From positions 877 to 64,876 of the forward strand of contig JBAZMD010000003.1 in NCBI GenBank assembly GCA_041649955.1: DNA of 64,000 nucleotides. Direction: 5' to 3'. The notes under the pieces were generated by a model that was not told where the DNA came from, searched no databases, and saw only the letters and a program-made list of their open reading frames with translations. Source of the stretch: Patescibacteria group bacterium (GTDB lineage Bacteria; Patescibacteriota; Patescibacteriia; UBA2591; JAQUPP01). Both the position numbers and the translations under genes were made by a program. Below are positions 37,442-47,880 of this stretch, in pieces. Position 1 is the stretch's first letter, and each line of letters begins with the position of its first letter.

Positions 37442-40384
37442 ATGGCTCAAATAAATTTTTTACAAATTGAAGAGGAAATTCTGAAATTTTGGCGGGAAAA
37501 AGAGATTTTTAATAAATCTTTGTCAAAAAAAGCCCCTCAGGGCAATTTTGTCTTTTTTGAAGGTCCGCCAACCGCCAATGGCCGTCCGCATATCGGCCAT
37601 GCTTTAACGCGTTTTTACAAAGACGCGGTTTTACGGTACAAAACAATGCAAGGATTTCACGTTGATCGCAAGGCAGGTTGGGACACTCAGGGTTTACCGG
37701 TTGAACTTGAAGTGGAAAAAGAAATTGGCATCAGCGGCAAGCCGGATATTGAAAAATTCGGCATTGATAAATTCAATCAAAAATGCCGCGAAAATGTTTG
37801 GAAATACAAAGATGAATGGGAAAAAATGACCGAAAGAATCGGTTTTTGGCTGGACTTAAAGCATCCGTATGTGACTTATGATTCGTCTTACATTGAAACC
37901 ATTTGGTGGATTTTGGCGAAAATTTGGAACAAAGGATTGCTTTATCAGGATTATAAAGTTGTGCCTTGTTGTCCGCGCTGCGGCACGGCCTTATCTTCTC
38001 ACGAAGTCGCTCAGGGTTATCAAAATATTGAAGAAACCTCGGTTTATTTAAAATTTAAAATTACAAATCAAGAAAATACTTATCTTTTGGCTTGGACAAC
38101 TACGCCTTGGACTTTGCCCGGAAATGTAGCTTTGGCGGTGAATAAGGGCGTTGATTATGTAAAAATTTCAAAAGAAGTTTTTCCGTCTGAGTCCGCGTTA
38201 AGTCCGCGTCAGTCAGTGTCTAAGGAATATTGGATTTTGGCGAAAAACAGATTAAGCGTGATTGACGGAGATTATAAAATCATTGAAGAATTCCTGGGAG
38301 AAAAATTATTAAATTTTGATTATCAACCGCTTTTTGATTTTATCAAACCCGAAAAACGGGCTTGGTTTGTTATTCATGGAGATTTTGTTTCCACAGAAGA
38401 CGGCACGGGTGTTGTCCATATTGCTCCGGCTTTTGGCGAAGAGGATATGGAAGTTGGCAAGAAAAATGATTTGCCCGTTTTGGTTACAGTGGAGCTTGAT
38501 GGAAAAATGAAAAATGAAATTAAACCTTGGGCCGGAATGTGGGTTAAAGATGCTGACCCCTTGATTATTAAAGATTTGGAAAACAGAAAAATTTTACTTA
38601 AAACGGAAAAAATTCATCATGATTATCCTTTTTGCTGGCGCTGCAAAACTCCTTTGCTCTATTACGCCAAGTTGTCTTGGTTTATAAAAGTTACTGATCC
38701 TCAGGTGAAAGAAAATTTAATTAAAAACAGCCAAACTATCAATTGGGTTCCGGCTCACATCAAAGAGGGGAGATTTGGCGAATGGCTTAAAAATATCAGA
38801 GATTGGGCGATTTCCCGCGAAAGATATTGGGGTACGCCTTTGCCGATTTGGGAATGTCAAAAATGCAAACACCGTGAATGCGTCGGTTCATTTGAAGAAT
38901 TGGCAAAAAAAACAAATAAAAATTTAGGAGAAAATTTTGATCCCCATCGGCCGCAAATTGACGGATTAACCTGGTCTTGTCCGGATTGCGGCGGAGAAAT
39001 GAAAAGAGTGTTGGAGGTTTTGGATTGCTGGTTTGACTCAGGCTCTATGCCTTTTGCACAATGGCATTATCCTTTTGAAAATGTTGAAAAAATCAACAAT
39101 GGTCAAAGCTACCCTGCTGATTTTATTTCCGAAGCAATGGACCAAACCAGGGGTTGGTTTTATTCACTTTTGGCAATTTCAACTTTAATTGACAAGGGTG
39201 CCAGTTATAAAAACGTGATTTGTCTTGATTTTGTTTTGGATGCCGCAGGCGAAAAAATGTCCAAATCAAAGGGCAATGTTGTTTTTTGGGATGCGGTGGA
39301 GCAGTACGGCGCTGATCCAATCAGATGGTTTTTATATACAGTCAATCAATCCAGCGAGAGCAAATCGTTTGATCCGGCTGAAATTAAAAAAGCCACTCAG
39401 CGGATGTTTTTGATTTTTTGGAATGTTTTTGAATTTTATAATACTTATGGCTTAAAGGTTTCCGATCCGCCCGCTGGCGGAAAGAAATCAGAAAATATTA
39501 TTGATCAGTGGATTTTGACCAAATTTTCTTTATTAATTAAAGAAGCCGGTCAGAAAATGGATAAATACGATTTAACCGGAACAACCAGGACTATTGAAGC
39601 TTTTATTACTGATTTATCGCAATGGTATTTACGGCGTTCCCGCGATCGATTTTCCGATAAATCAGAAGAAGCAAATCAAACTCTTTATTATGTTTTATTA
39701 AATTTAACGAAATTATTGGCTCCCTTTACGCCATTCTGTGCTGAAAAATTATATCTTGATTTGACTCAAGGAAAAATCAAAGAATCTGTTCATTTGGATG
39801 ATTGGCCCACAGCTGACGAAGAATTAATAAAACAAGGAGAAAAATTATTGGAAGAAATGGAAACGGTCAGAAAAATTTGCGAAATATCGCACAATCTCAG
39901 ATTAAAAGCGAAAATTAAGGTTCGCCAGCCGCTTAAAACACTTTCCATAAAAATTAAACCATTTATTAACCAAGGTTTGATTGATCTGATTAAAAACGAG
40001 GTTAATCTGAAAGAAATTAATTTTGTGGAAAATTTGCCACAAGGAGATGGTTGGCAGACAAATGAAGACTCAGAAATCAAATTATCTCTCGAAATAAATA
40101 TCACTCCGGAGCTGAAAAAAGAAGGATTAGCGCGGGAGTTAACCAGAAATATTAATTCTCTGCGAAAAGAATCAGGTTTAACGCAAAAAGATCAAGTTGA
40201 TATTTATTATCAAACTTCTTTCGTGGACCTTGAAGAAGTAATGAATGATTTTGCGGATCTTCTGAAAGAAAAAACCGCCAGCAAGAATATTTTTGAAAAA
40301 ATTCCAGAACAATCTTTAATTCAAAAAGAATTTGACATTGATGGAAATAAGATGTCTATTGCTTTGGTTTTAGCGAAAAATTAA
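37442..40384 (+). CDS. ileS: Isoleucine--tRNA ligase
   Basis: HIGH 'PTANGRPHIGHAL', KMSKS 'KMSKSKGN', editing domain, Zn Cys clusters. Confidence 0.9.
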   Translation: MAQINFLQIEEEILKFWREKEIFNKSLSKKAPQGNFVFFEGPPTANGRPHIGHALTRFYKDAVLRYKTMQGFHVDRKAGWDTQGLPVELEVEKEIGISGKPDIEKFGIDKFNQKCRENVWKYKDEWEKMTERIGFWLDLKHPYVTYDSSYIETIWWILAKIWNKGLLYQDYKVVPCCPRCGTALSSHEVAQGYQNIEETSVYLKFKITNQENTYLLAWTTTPWTLPGNVALAVNKGVDYVKISKEVFPSESALSPRQSVSKEYWILAKNRLSVIDGDYKIIEEFLGEKLLNFDYQPLFDFIKPEKRAWFVIHGDFVSTEDGTGVVHIAPAFGEEDMEVGKKNDLPVLVTVELDGKMKNEIKPWAGMWVKDADPLIIKDLENRKILLKTEKIHHDYPFCWRCKTPLLYYAKLSWFIKVTDPQVKENLIKNSQTINWVPAHIKEGRFGEWLKNIRDWAISRERYWGTPLPIWECQKCKHRECVGSFEELAKKTNKNLGENFDPHRPQIDGLTWSCPDCGGEMKRVLEVLDCWFDSGSMPFAQWHYPFENVEKINNGQSYPADFISEAMDQTRGWFYSLLAISTLIDKGASYKNVICLDFVLDAAGEKMSKSKGNVVFWDAVEQYGADPIRWFLYTVNQSSESKSFDPAEIKKATQRMFLIFWNVFEFYNTYGLKVSDPPAGGKKSENIIDQWILTKFSLLIKEAGQKMDKYDLTGTTRTIEAFITDLSQWYLRRSRDRFSDKSEEANQTLYYVLLNLTKLLAPFTPFCAEKLYLDLTQGKIKESVHLDDWPTADEELIKQGEKLLEEMETVRKICEISHNLRLKAKIKVRQPLKTLSIKIKPFINQGLIDLIKNEVNLKEINFVENLPQGDGWQTNEDSEIKLSLEINITPELKKEGLARELTRNINSLRKESGLTQKDQVDIYYQTSFVDLEEVMNDFADLLKEKTASKNIFEKIPEQSLIQKEFDIDGNKMSIALVLAKN

Positions 40385-40394
40385 AATTAAAAAA

Positions 40395-41108
40395 ATGACC
40401 TCACACCTTAATGGAATTATTTTGGAATCTCAAAATTTCAGGGAAAATGATCGTGTTTTAATTTTTTATTCCCAAGAATTAGGTAAAATTGAAATTTTGG
40501 TGAGGGGAGCGCGAAAAATAAAAAGCAAACTGAATCCTTTTATTTCGCCATTCGCTTTGTTGGAGCTGGTTGTCGCGCCTGGCAAAAGTTTTTATCATTT
40601 AATCGGCGGGGAAGTTAAAAGATATTTTAAGGGCGTCAGCGGAGATTATAAAAAAATAATTCACGCTACCAATTTATTCCGGCGGATAAGTGTTCTGATA
40701 AATCTTCACAGGCCTGATTCAAAAATTTCTGTTTTACTGGTAAGATTTTTGGAAAAAATTGATCAAATCAATCCGTCAAAAATCCAAATTATTTATTACG
40801 CCTGTCTGATTAAATTATTGTCTTTATTGGGTTATCGGCCGGAAATAAAACAATGTTTTGACTGCCGCAAAGACGCCAAATTATTGGGGGAAAATATTTA
40901 TTTTGATTTTGAAAAAGGCGGAATCTGCTGCGTTAAATGCAGGGAAAACAGAATATCAGCGGTAAAAATCAATTCAAAAATTTTGGAAATTTTACATAAT
41001 CTTTTATATAAAAATTTTGATTATTTGGAAAATTGGCATTTTGACGAGAAAAGTTTTTTAGCTGCTCAGAATATCATCAAAAAGTTTTATCGATGGCACC
41101 TAAAATAG
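40395..41108 (+). CDS. recO: DNA repair protein RecO
   Basis: N-terminal OB-fold pattern 'GIILESQNFRENDRVLIFYSQELGKIEILVRGARK'; C-terminal Cys4 'CFDCRK...CCVKCR'. Confidence 0.8.
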   Translation: MTSHLNGIILESQNFRENDRVLIFYSQELGKIEILVRGARKIKSKLNPFISPFALLELVVAPGKSFYHLIGGEVKRYFKGVSGDYKKIIHATNLFRRISVLINLHRPDSKISVLLVRFLEKIDQINPSKIQIIYYACLIKLLSLLGYRPEIKQCFDCRKDAKLLGENIYFDFEKGGICCVKCRENRISAVKINSKILEILHNLLYKNFDYLENWHFDEKSFLAAQNIIKKFYRWHLK

Positions 41109-41153
41109 CTTCTTAGCTTGTAGCTTATTAGCTTTTTAGGACCAATAAGCTAA

Positions 41154-42266
<1,113 letters not shown>

Positions 42267-42269
42267 TTT

Positions 42270-42959
42270 ATGTTATATCAAAAAAAGAAAAAATATTTAT
42301 TCAGAACAATCGGCAGATGGGCTCCAATCAGAGCAATAAAAAGATTTTATTATAAAATTTGGGCTTTAAAATATAAGCAAATCCACATTGTCGTTGATAC
42401 TTGCGCGCTTTTAAGCAGCCGCGAAATAGAAAGATTGGCTTGCTTAAAAAATATTTGGGTTCCGCGTTCTGTTTGGCAGCAAATCGGGAGAATGGTTAAT
42501 CCGGAACTTGTTTGCGTTGAAGAACCTGATAAAGAAGATTGTTTGGTTTCCAAAACGCCGTTAAAATCGGAAATTCTTATTAAGAAAACCAAGGAAGCGG
42601 CGCAAAGAGCAGAAGTTATTATGACCCAAATGTTAAATAAACATCATTGGAAAATCATTTCTTCGCGCGGAACAGGAATTGTGGGATGGATTAGTCGAAG
42701 GAAAGTTGATGATTTGGATCCAGAAATTAAAAAAGAATTAAAAGCTCTTTTGAAAAAGAGAAGCCAAAAATTTGATCCGGAAATAAGTTTGGGCGATTTG
42801 GTTGGCAGCACGGATTTGAGAATTTTAGCCGCGGCCATTTTTTTGCTCAGGCGCAAAAAAATTGAAAACAAGCTGGTAATAATTTCCGAAGACAGAATTT
42901 TATCTTTAATATCCAGAAATCAAGGAATAAAAGTTTTAAGATCAACCAAAGATTTATAA
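42270..42959 (+). CDS. PIN-domain protein (YacL-like putative RNase)
   Basis: 'IHIVVDTCALLS' and 'TDLRILAAAIFL' PIN acidic-residue motifs. Confidence 0.5.
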   Translation: MLYQKKKKYLFRTIGRWAPIRAIKRFYYKIWALKYKQIHIVVDTCALLSSREIERLACLKNIWVPRSVWQQIGRMVNPELVCVEEPDKEDCLVSKTPLKSEILIKKTKEAAQRAEVIMTQMLNKHHWKIISSRGTGIVGWISRRKVDDLDPEIKKELKALLKKRSQKFDPEISLGDLVGSTDLRILAAAIFLLRRKKIENKLVIISEDRILSLISRNQGIKVLRSTKDL

Positions 42960-42976
42960 AAATAAAGTTATAAGGA

Positions 42977-43660
42977 TTGCATATATTTATGCTTAATCAA
43001 AGATCAAAATATTTACAAATAGCTTTTAACCGCTCTCTTGATGAAGTAAGAAATATGATCGCACTGCTTCCTGCTTCGGAAAAAATAATTATTGAAGCCG
43101 GAACTCCTTTGATTAAAAAATACGGCAAGACGGGTATAATTGCATTAAAAAATTGGTGGAGTGGGAAAATACAGAAACAGGGGTATATTGTTGCTGATTT
43201 AAAATGTATGGATAGGGGCTCAAGAGAAGTTGAAGCAGTTGCTGAGGCAGGTGCTTCCGCGGCTACTTGTTTGGGTTTAGCGCCGACGGAAACTATAAAT
43301 GAATTTATTAGAGAATGCGAGAAAGCCGGTATTGATTCAATGATTGATATGATGAATGTTGAATTTCCGTTTGAAATTTTACAAAAATTAAAAAAACTTC
43401 CTACCGTGGTTGTATTACACCGCGGAGTAGATGAAAAAGAAAAAAACAGAGAAAAAAAGATTCCGCATGATCAAATTCATAAGATAAAAGGAACTTATGG
43501 CAATGTTTTAATATCAGTCGCAGGCGGAGAAACTCCGCGCGATGTTGTAAGAACTTTTTTTAATGATTCTAATATTGCTGTAATTTGGCAATCATTTTAC
43601 GAAACACCGGGAAATACCGCTAATTTAGCGCAGGAATTTTTAAAAACGATCAAAAAATAA
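42977..43660 (+). CDS. 3-hexulose-6-phosphate synthase-like (OMP decarboxylase suprafamily) protein, paralog 1
   Basis: 'LQIAFNRSLDEV...IIEAGTPLIKKYG...YIVADLKCMD' matches HPS/KGPDC signature (E, D-x-K-x-x-D). Confidence 0.65.
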   Translation: MHIFMLNQRSKYLQIAFNRSLDEVRNMIALLPASEKIIIEAGTPLIKKYGKTGIIALKNWWSGKIQKQGYIVADLKCMDRGSREVEAVAEAGASAATCLGLAPTETINEFIRECEKAGIDSMIDMMNVEFPFEILQKLKKLPTVVVLHRGVDEKEKNREKKIPHDQIHKIKGTYGNVLISVAGGETPRDVVRTFFNDSNIAVIWQSFYETPGNTANLAQEFLKTIKK

Positions 43661-44583
43661 TGCCGACGAAAAATATAAAAAATAAATTTAACCCGATCAT
43701 CTTGGCAATTATTATTGCAATGATTATAAATCCAAGTTTAAGTATAATTTTAATGATTATACTTATTATTTATATCAAAAAAAATCCCAAATCTTCGTTT
43801 TTTGATTTAATTAAAAAAAATATAGGGAATAATACAGATAGTCAAACAATGGAAGAAACCGAGCAATCAATTGTTGAAAAAATAACCTCAATTAAACCTT
43901 TTATTACTCAGTCTTTTTTTAACCAAACAAGACTGGTAAAAAACAAAAAATATCTTCAAATCGCCCTTAACAGCACGCTTGAAGAGGCGAGAGAAATTAT
44001 TTCGCAAATTCCGGTTTCAGATAGAATCTTAATTGAAGCCGGAACGCCTTTAATAAAAATATATGGGGCAGGCGCTATTTCGCAAATTAGAAATATGGCT
44101 CCCGCTGGAACTTACATAGTTGCTGATAATAAATGCGCGGATTTAGCGGCGCGCGAAGTGGAGATGATGGCTAATGCCGGCGCTAATGCGTCAACTTGTC
44201 TTGGAATTGCGCCGATTGAAACGATTGATAGCTTTATAGAGGAATGCGGAAAATTCAATATTGATTCAATGATTGATATGATGAATGTTGAAAATGCTCT
44301 TTCGGTTTTAAAAAAATTAAAAAAACTCCCCAATGCAGTGATACTACACAGGGGAGTCGATGAAAGCGAATTTTCTAAAGAAAAACAGATTCCTTATTAT
44401 CAAATAAAACAGATTAAAGGAAATTACAATATTTTAGTCGCCGTGGCCGGAGGAGATACTATCAGAGAAGTGCAACGGGCAATTTTTAATGATGCTGATA
44501 TTGTCGTTGTCTGGAAAAATTTTTATCAATCAAATGCTGAAACCGCCAAACTGGCAGAATCTTTTTTGGGAGAAATAAGATAA
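43660..44583 (+). CDS. HPS-like (OMPDC suprafamily) paralog 2 with N-terminal membrane anchor
   Basis: N-terminal TM 'IILAIIIAMIINPSLSIILMIILIIYI'; C-terminal 220 aa ~50% identical to paralog 1 ('LQIALNSTLEEA...LIEAGTPLIKIYG...YIVADNKCAD'). Confidence 0.6.
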   Translation: MPTKNIKNKFNPIILAIIIAMIINPSLSIILMIILIIYIKKNPKSSFFDLIKKNIGNNTDSQTMEETEQSIVEKITSIKPFITQSFFNQTRLVKNKKYLQIALNSTLEEAREIISQIPVSDRILIEAGTPLIKIYGAGAISQIRNMAPAGTYIVADNKCADLAAREVEMMANAGANASTCLGIAPIETIDSFIEECGKFNIDSMIDMMNVENALSVLKKLKKLPNAVILHRGVDESEFSKEKQIPYYQIKQIKGNYNILVAVAGGDTIREVQRAIFNDADIVVVWKNFYQSNAETAKLAESFLGEIR

Positions 44584-44598
44584 GGACTTATTTTATTA

Positions 44599-45363
44599 TT
44601 ATTTTGGTTTGACTGCCTGAGAAATTGCTTTTATCCCTTCTAGCACTTCAACCGGCAAGGCAAAGATTACTGTTTTTGACGGATCAGGATTTATTTTTTC
44701 AATAGTTTGCAGAGTTCTCATTGAAAGACCGCCCGAAACCGAGCTAAGCACTTGAGCCGCCTGAGCCAAGCGTTCGGAGGCCTGAAATTCTCCCTCTGCT
44801 CTGATGATAACAGCACGGCGTTCTCGTTCAGATTCGGCTTGTTTTGCCATAACGCGTTTCATATCAGCCGGCAATTCAATATCTTGTATTTTTATGTCCG
44901 TAACCAATATTCCCCATGATTGAGTGGCAGCTACGACAATTTTCTGAATTTCTTCCGCTATTTTTTCTCTTTCCGAAAGCAAAGAATCAAGTTCAATGCC
45001 GCCTATTACGTCTCTGAGAGCAGCTTGAGCATATTGAGAAACGGCAAGAGTATAATCTTTAATATTTAAAATTGCGTTTTCCGCTGATTGCACTTGAAAA
45101 TACACAACCGCGTTTATACCGACAGGAACATTGTCTTTTGTAATTACTTCTTGCTGAGGAATGTCCGTAGTCGTGATACGCATATCAATTTTTATCATTC
45201 TTTGAAAACCCGGGAAAATCCAAGTCAGTCCCGGTTGTTTTGTTCCGGTATATTTTCCAAGCGTTAAGACAACAGCTCGTTCATATTGATCAATAATCCT
45301 AAAACCGGAGAGGAAAAAGAAAATGATGATTATTAAGATTGGCCAAGTTAAAAGTATTCCCAT
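44599..45363 (-). CDS. SPFH/band-7 (stomatin/prohibitin-like) membrane protein
   Basis: N-terminal TM; 'ITKDNVPVGINAVVYFQV...AESERERRAVIIRAEGE'. Confidence 0.8.
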   Translation of the reverse strand: MGILLTWPILIIIIFFFLSGFRIIDQYERAVVLTLGKYTGTKQPGLTWIFPGFQRMIKIDMRITTTDIPQQEVITKDNVPVGINAVVYFQVQSAENAILNIKDYTLAVSQYAQAALRDVIGGIELDSLLSEREKIAEEIQKIVVAATQSWGILVTDIKIQDIELPADMKRVMAKQAESERERRAVIIRAEGEFQASERLAQAAQVLSSVSGGLSMRTLQTIEKINPDPSKTVIFALPVEVLEGIKAISQAVKPK

Positions 45364-45517
45364 AATTTTAATAATTAAATTTTGTAAATTATTTGATTGT
45401 TATTGTTTGACTGATATTATTATACTATATTTGAAAAAATCAAACAATAGCTATCGCGAAATTTTATAGCGAATTAGCAAAAGTGGAATAGTTGGAGTAA
45501 AAATATATTCAAAAAAT

Positions 45518-45544
45518 AAATACCTGTTTTAAAAACAGGTATTT
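45518..45544. terminator. Hairpin terminator
   Basis: aaatacctgttttaaaaacaggtattt + T-run. Confidence 0.6.
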
Positions 45545-45550
45545 ATTTTT

Positions 45551-45570
45551 TTGGAGCGGGCTCCACCACC
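45551..45570. repeat. Solo copy of family-A left terminus (TTGGAGCGGGCTCCACCACC)
   Basis: Identical 20-mer again at 45851-45870; the two copies bracket the GIY-YIG gene. Confidence 0.55.
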
Positions 45571-45578
45571 AATATGTT

Positions 45579-45878
45579 TTACATTAAGCTTTTTTCTATT
45601 CTAATTTTAAGCTGATGATAAACCCGACTATATTTTTTTAATCGAGACTCTCTTTGTTTAGCGTCTTCTCTAGATTTATATGATTCGTAATAAATTATTT
45701 CAAATGGACGTCTCGGTTTAGTCGCTTTAACTAATCCTTTATTATGTTCAATAAAACGTTTTTTTAAATCGTCAGTAAAACCAATGTATAATTTTTTATC
45801 TTTTTTACTTTTCAATAAATATACATAAAACATAATCAGTTGGAAATTTTGGAGCGGGCTCCACCACCTGAATGGCAA
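45579..45878 (-). CDS. Small GIY-YIG nuclease family protein (true start likely Met 'MFYVYLLKS' ~45833)
   Basis: 'FYVYLLKSKKDKKLYIGFTDDLKKRFIEHNKG' GIY-YIG block; ORF-track N-terminus 'MPFRWWSPLQ' is read from the inverted-repeat terminus. Confidence 0.75.
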   Translation of the reverse strand: MPFRWWSPLQNFQLIMFYVYLLKSKKDKKLYIGFTDDLKKRFIEHNKGLVKATKPRRPFEIIYYESYKSREDAKQRESRLKKYSRVYHQLKIRIEKSLM

Positions 45879-46002
45879 TGTATTTTTTATAAATGCGAAA
45901 TCATTGCTTCTAATAAATAAATCTATATTTTTTTTCTTTATAATCTAATCTTTTTCAAAAATACATAACAAGCATTTATTGCCATTCTGGTGGTGGAGCG
46001 GG
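45851..46002. repeat. MITE-like element family A variant (GAGCGGGCTCCACCACCTGAATGGCAAT / ATTGCCATTCTGGTGGTGGAGCGGG), right end overlapping tRNA-Trp 3' end
   Basis: TIRs seen directly; right terminus contains tRNA-Trp acceptor 3' strand + CCA. Confidence 0.55.
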
Positions 46003-46067
46003 TAAGGGGAGTCGGACCCCTGTCAACAGCTTGGAAAGCTGTGGTAATACCGTTATACGATACCCGC
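45997..46067 (-). tRNA. tRNA-Trp (anticodon CCA)
   Basis: rc folds: acceptor gcgggta/tacccgc, anticodon loop ttCCAag, T-arm aggggtccgactcccct; 3' 'tCCA' present within the repeat. Confidence 0.75.
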
Positions 46068-46164
46068 CTGCGCTTTTTGCAAAAAGCTTCGGCGGGCAGG
46101 CCCGCTTTAGCTTTCCGTTTTAAAATTTGACTATGCCCCGTATCCGCCAGCTGGCGGAAAAGGA

Positions 46165-46238
46165 TGGTCGGGCTGCTGGGAATCGAACCCAGTCTATCTG
46201 CTCCCAAAGCAGACGTACTACCGGTATACTACAGCCCG
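46165..46238 (-). tRNA. tRNA-Pro (anticodon TGG), CCA encoded
   Basis: rc folds: acceptor cgggctg/cagcccg, anticodon loop ttTGGga, T-arm ctgggttcgattcccag. Confidence 0.8.
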
Positions 46239-46242
46239 ATTT

Positions 46243-47781
46243 TTAATATATTTTAGTCAAATCAATTCCAGTGTAATAATATTTTAAAATTTGAGAAAAA
46301 TTTGCGCCTTGATTGGCGGCGACGATCGCGCTGCGTTGAGGCATACCCACGCCGTGTCCCAATAAAGTTTTTCCTGCCCCGGGCGGATCTGTTTTGGAAA
46401 CCAAATAAGCTACTGGCGCCGCGGTCATTGCCGCTTCAATAGATGAACGGGTTCGCCCGTCGCTTTGAGCGAAATAATAAGCGGAAATCGGATTATTTTG
46501 ATAAGTTGCCACGACACCTTGCGTCGCGGTTAAAGCGGTTAAAGTATTGGTCATTCTTAATTCGCGTTGATAACCTCGGTAAACCTGATCTGCCTGAGTG
46601 GATCGCACAGTAAATAATGAATCTCCGTCCGGTGTATTGGTATATTTGGGACTGATATATCTGGAGGTGGCATAAGTTCTGGCGGCAATTGCTTGAGCTT
46701 TTAAAAATTCTATCGGAGAAGAATCTCCCGCTTCACCCAATCCTTTTAAATAATCTTCCATCGGCAATTGGTTGATTAACCAAAGCCGTTGAGTTGAGGC
46801 ATTATATTGTATCTCCATATCACCTCGAAATTCATTATCATTTTCTCCGCCATCCCAGAATGGTCCGTTTTGCCAACTTTGAATTTTAAAAATTGTTGAA
46901 TCATCTCCTTTAAATTTCACAAAAGAATCCAGCATCATTAATCTTTTTCCTTTGTCATCAAGAATAAAATATCGTTTAAGTTTAAAATCAAAATCAACTT
47001 CCAAAATTCCGCCATCACTGACGCGAATTAAAAGTTTATTATTTTGATCAAGAAGTTGGTAGGCTTTTTTATCAAGAGTTAAAATTTTAAAAGGCAAATA
47101 ATCTTTTTTTTCTTTTTCTTCTAAATAAAGTAAGCCGACTCTTATATCTGGCCCTTCAGATGTGCATTGAAAAAGAGGCTGAGAAGCAATGGTTATATCT
47201 GACGGAATGCTTTGCCAAAAAGTTGTTCCTGTTGTCGGTGTCGGTGAGGGCGTTGGAGTCGGTGTTGGTGTGGGCGTTGGCACGGGAGTTGGAGCAGGAG
47301 ATACGGATGAAGAACCGGAAATTACTTTTAAAGCAATTTCAATTTCTCCGCCAGGAATTAAAGTATTGCCGGCAAAAAGATTTAATTTTTCCCAATATAA
47401 ACCGGGCTGGCTCGGAGCCAAAAGAGTAAAACTGAAAACTATTTCTCCCTGAGGATCAATTGTTGAAGCGGAATTAATTCGGTTTGGCGCGTTATTGTCA
47501 TACCAAGTTGGATGGTAGAATTTTCCTTTCATTCCGGAGACAGTTCGCAAAGTTAAAGCTTGAGTGCCGGTGCCGCTCCAATACATTTGGCCTGTATTTT
47601 TAAATTTAACCCAATAATTTGCGATTCCGCCAATAGTTACTTCCGGTATGCCAGCTGAACTTTGTTCTAATCTTTGGGCTTGATAATCTGATTGAGCGAA
47701 AGTTTTATTTGGGAAAGCCAAAGACAAGGCCGGTAACAGCCCGAAAATCAAAATAATTTTTGAATAAAAAATCTTTCGCAT
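46243..47781 (-). CDS. SpoIID/LytB domain protein with Pro/Thr-rich linker
   Basis: 'FLKAQAIAARTYATSRY', 'DQVYRGYQRE'; linker 'PAPTPVPTPTPTPTPTPSPTPT'; N-terminal signal peptide. Confidence 0.75.
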   Translation of the reverse strand: MRKIFYSKIILIFGLLPALSLAFPNKTFAQSDYQAQRLEQSSAGIPEVTIGGIANYWVKFKNTGQMYWSGTGTQALTLRTVSGMKGKFYHPTWYDNNAPNRINSASTIDPQGEIVFSFTLLAPSQPGLYWEKLNLFAGNTLIPGGEIEIALKVISGSSSVSPAPTPVPTPTPTPTPTPSPTPTTGTTFWQSIPSDITIASQPLFQCTSEGPDIRVGLLYLEEKEKKDYLPFKILTLDKKAYQLLDQNNKLLIRVSDGGILEVDFDFKLKRYFILDDKGKRLMMLDSFVKFKGDDSTIFKIQSWQNGPFWDGGENDNEFRGDMEIQYNASTQRLWLINQLPMEDYLKGLGEAGDSSPIEFLKAQAIAARTYATSRYISPKYTNTPDGDSLFTVRSTQADQVYRGYQRELRMTNTLTALTATQGVVATYQNNPISAYYFAQSDGRTRSSIEAAMTAAPVAYLVSKTDPPGAGKTLLGHGVGMPQRSAIVAANQGANFSQILKYYYTGIDLTKIY

Positions 47782-47880
47782 ATCGTATATTCTAACAAAA
47801 AACTAAAATTAGTCAATCCCGTATCTTTTGATAGCAGAGCAATTGCCAAATTGTTATTTTTTGATATAATTTAATTAAAT

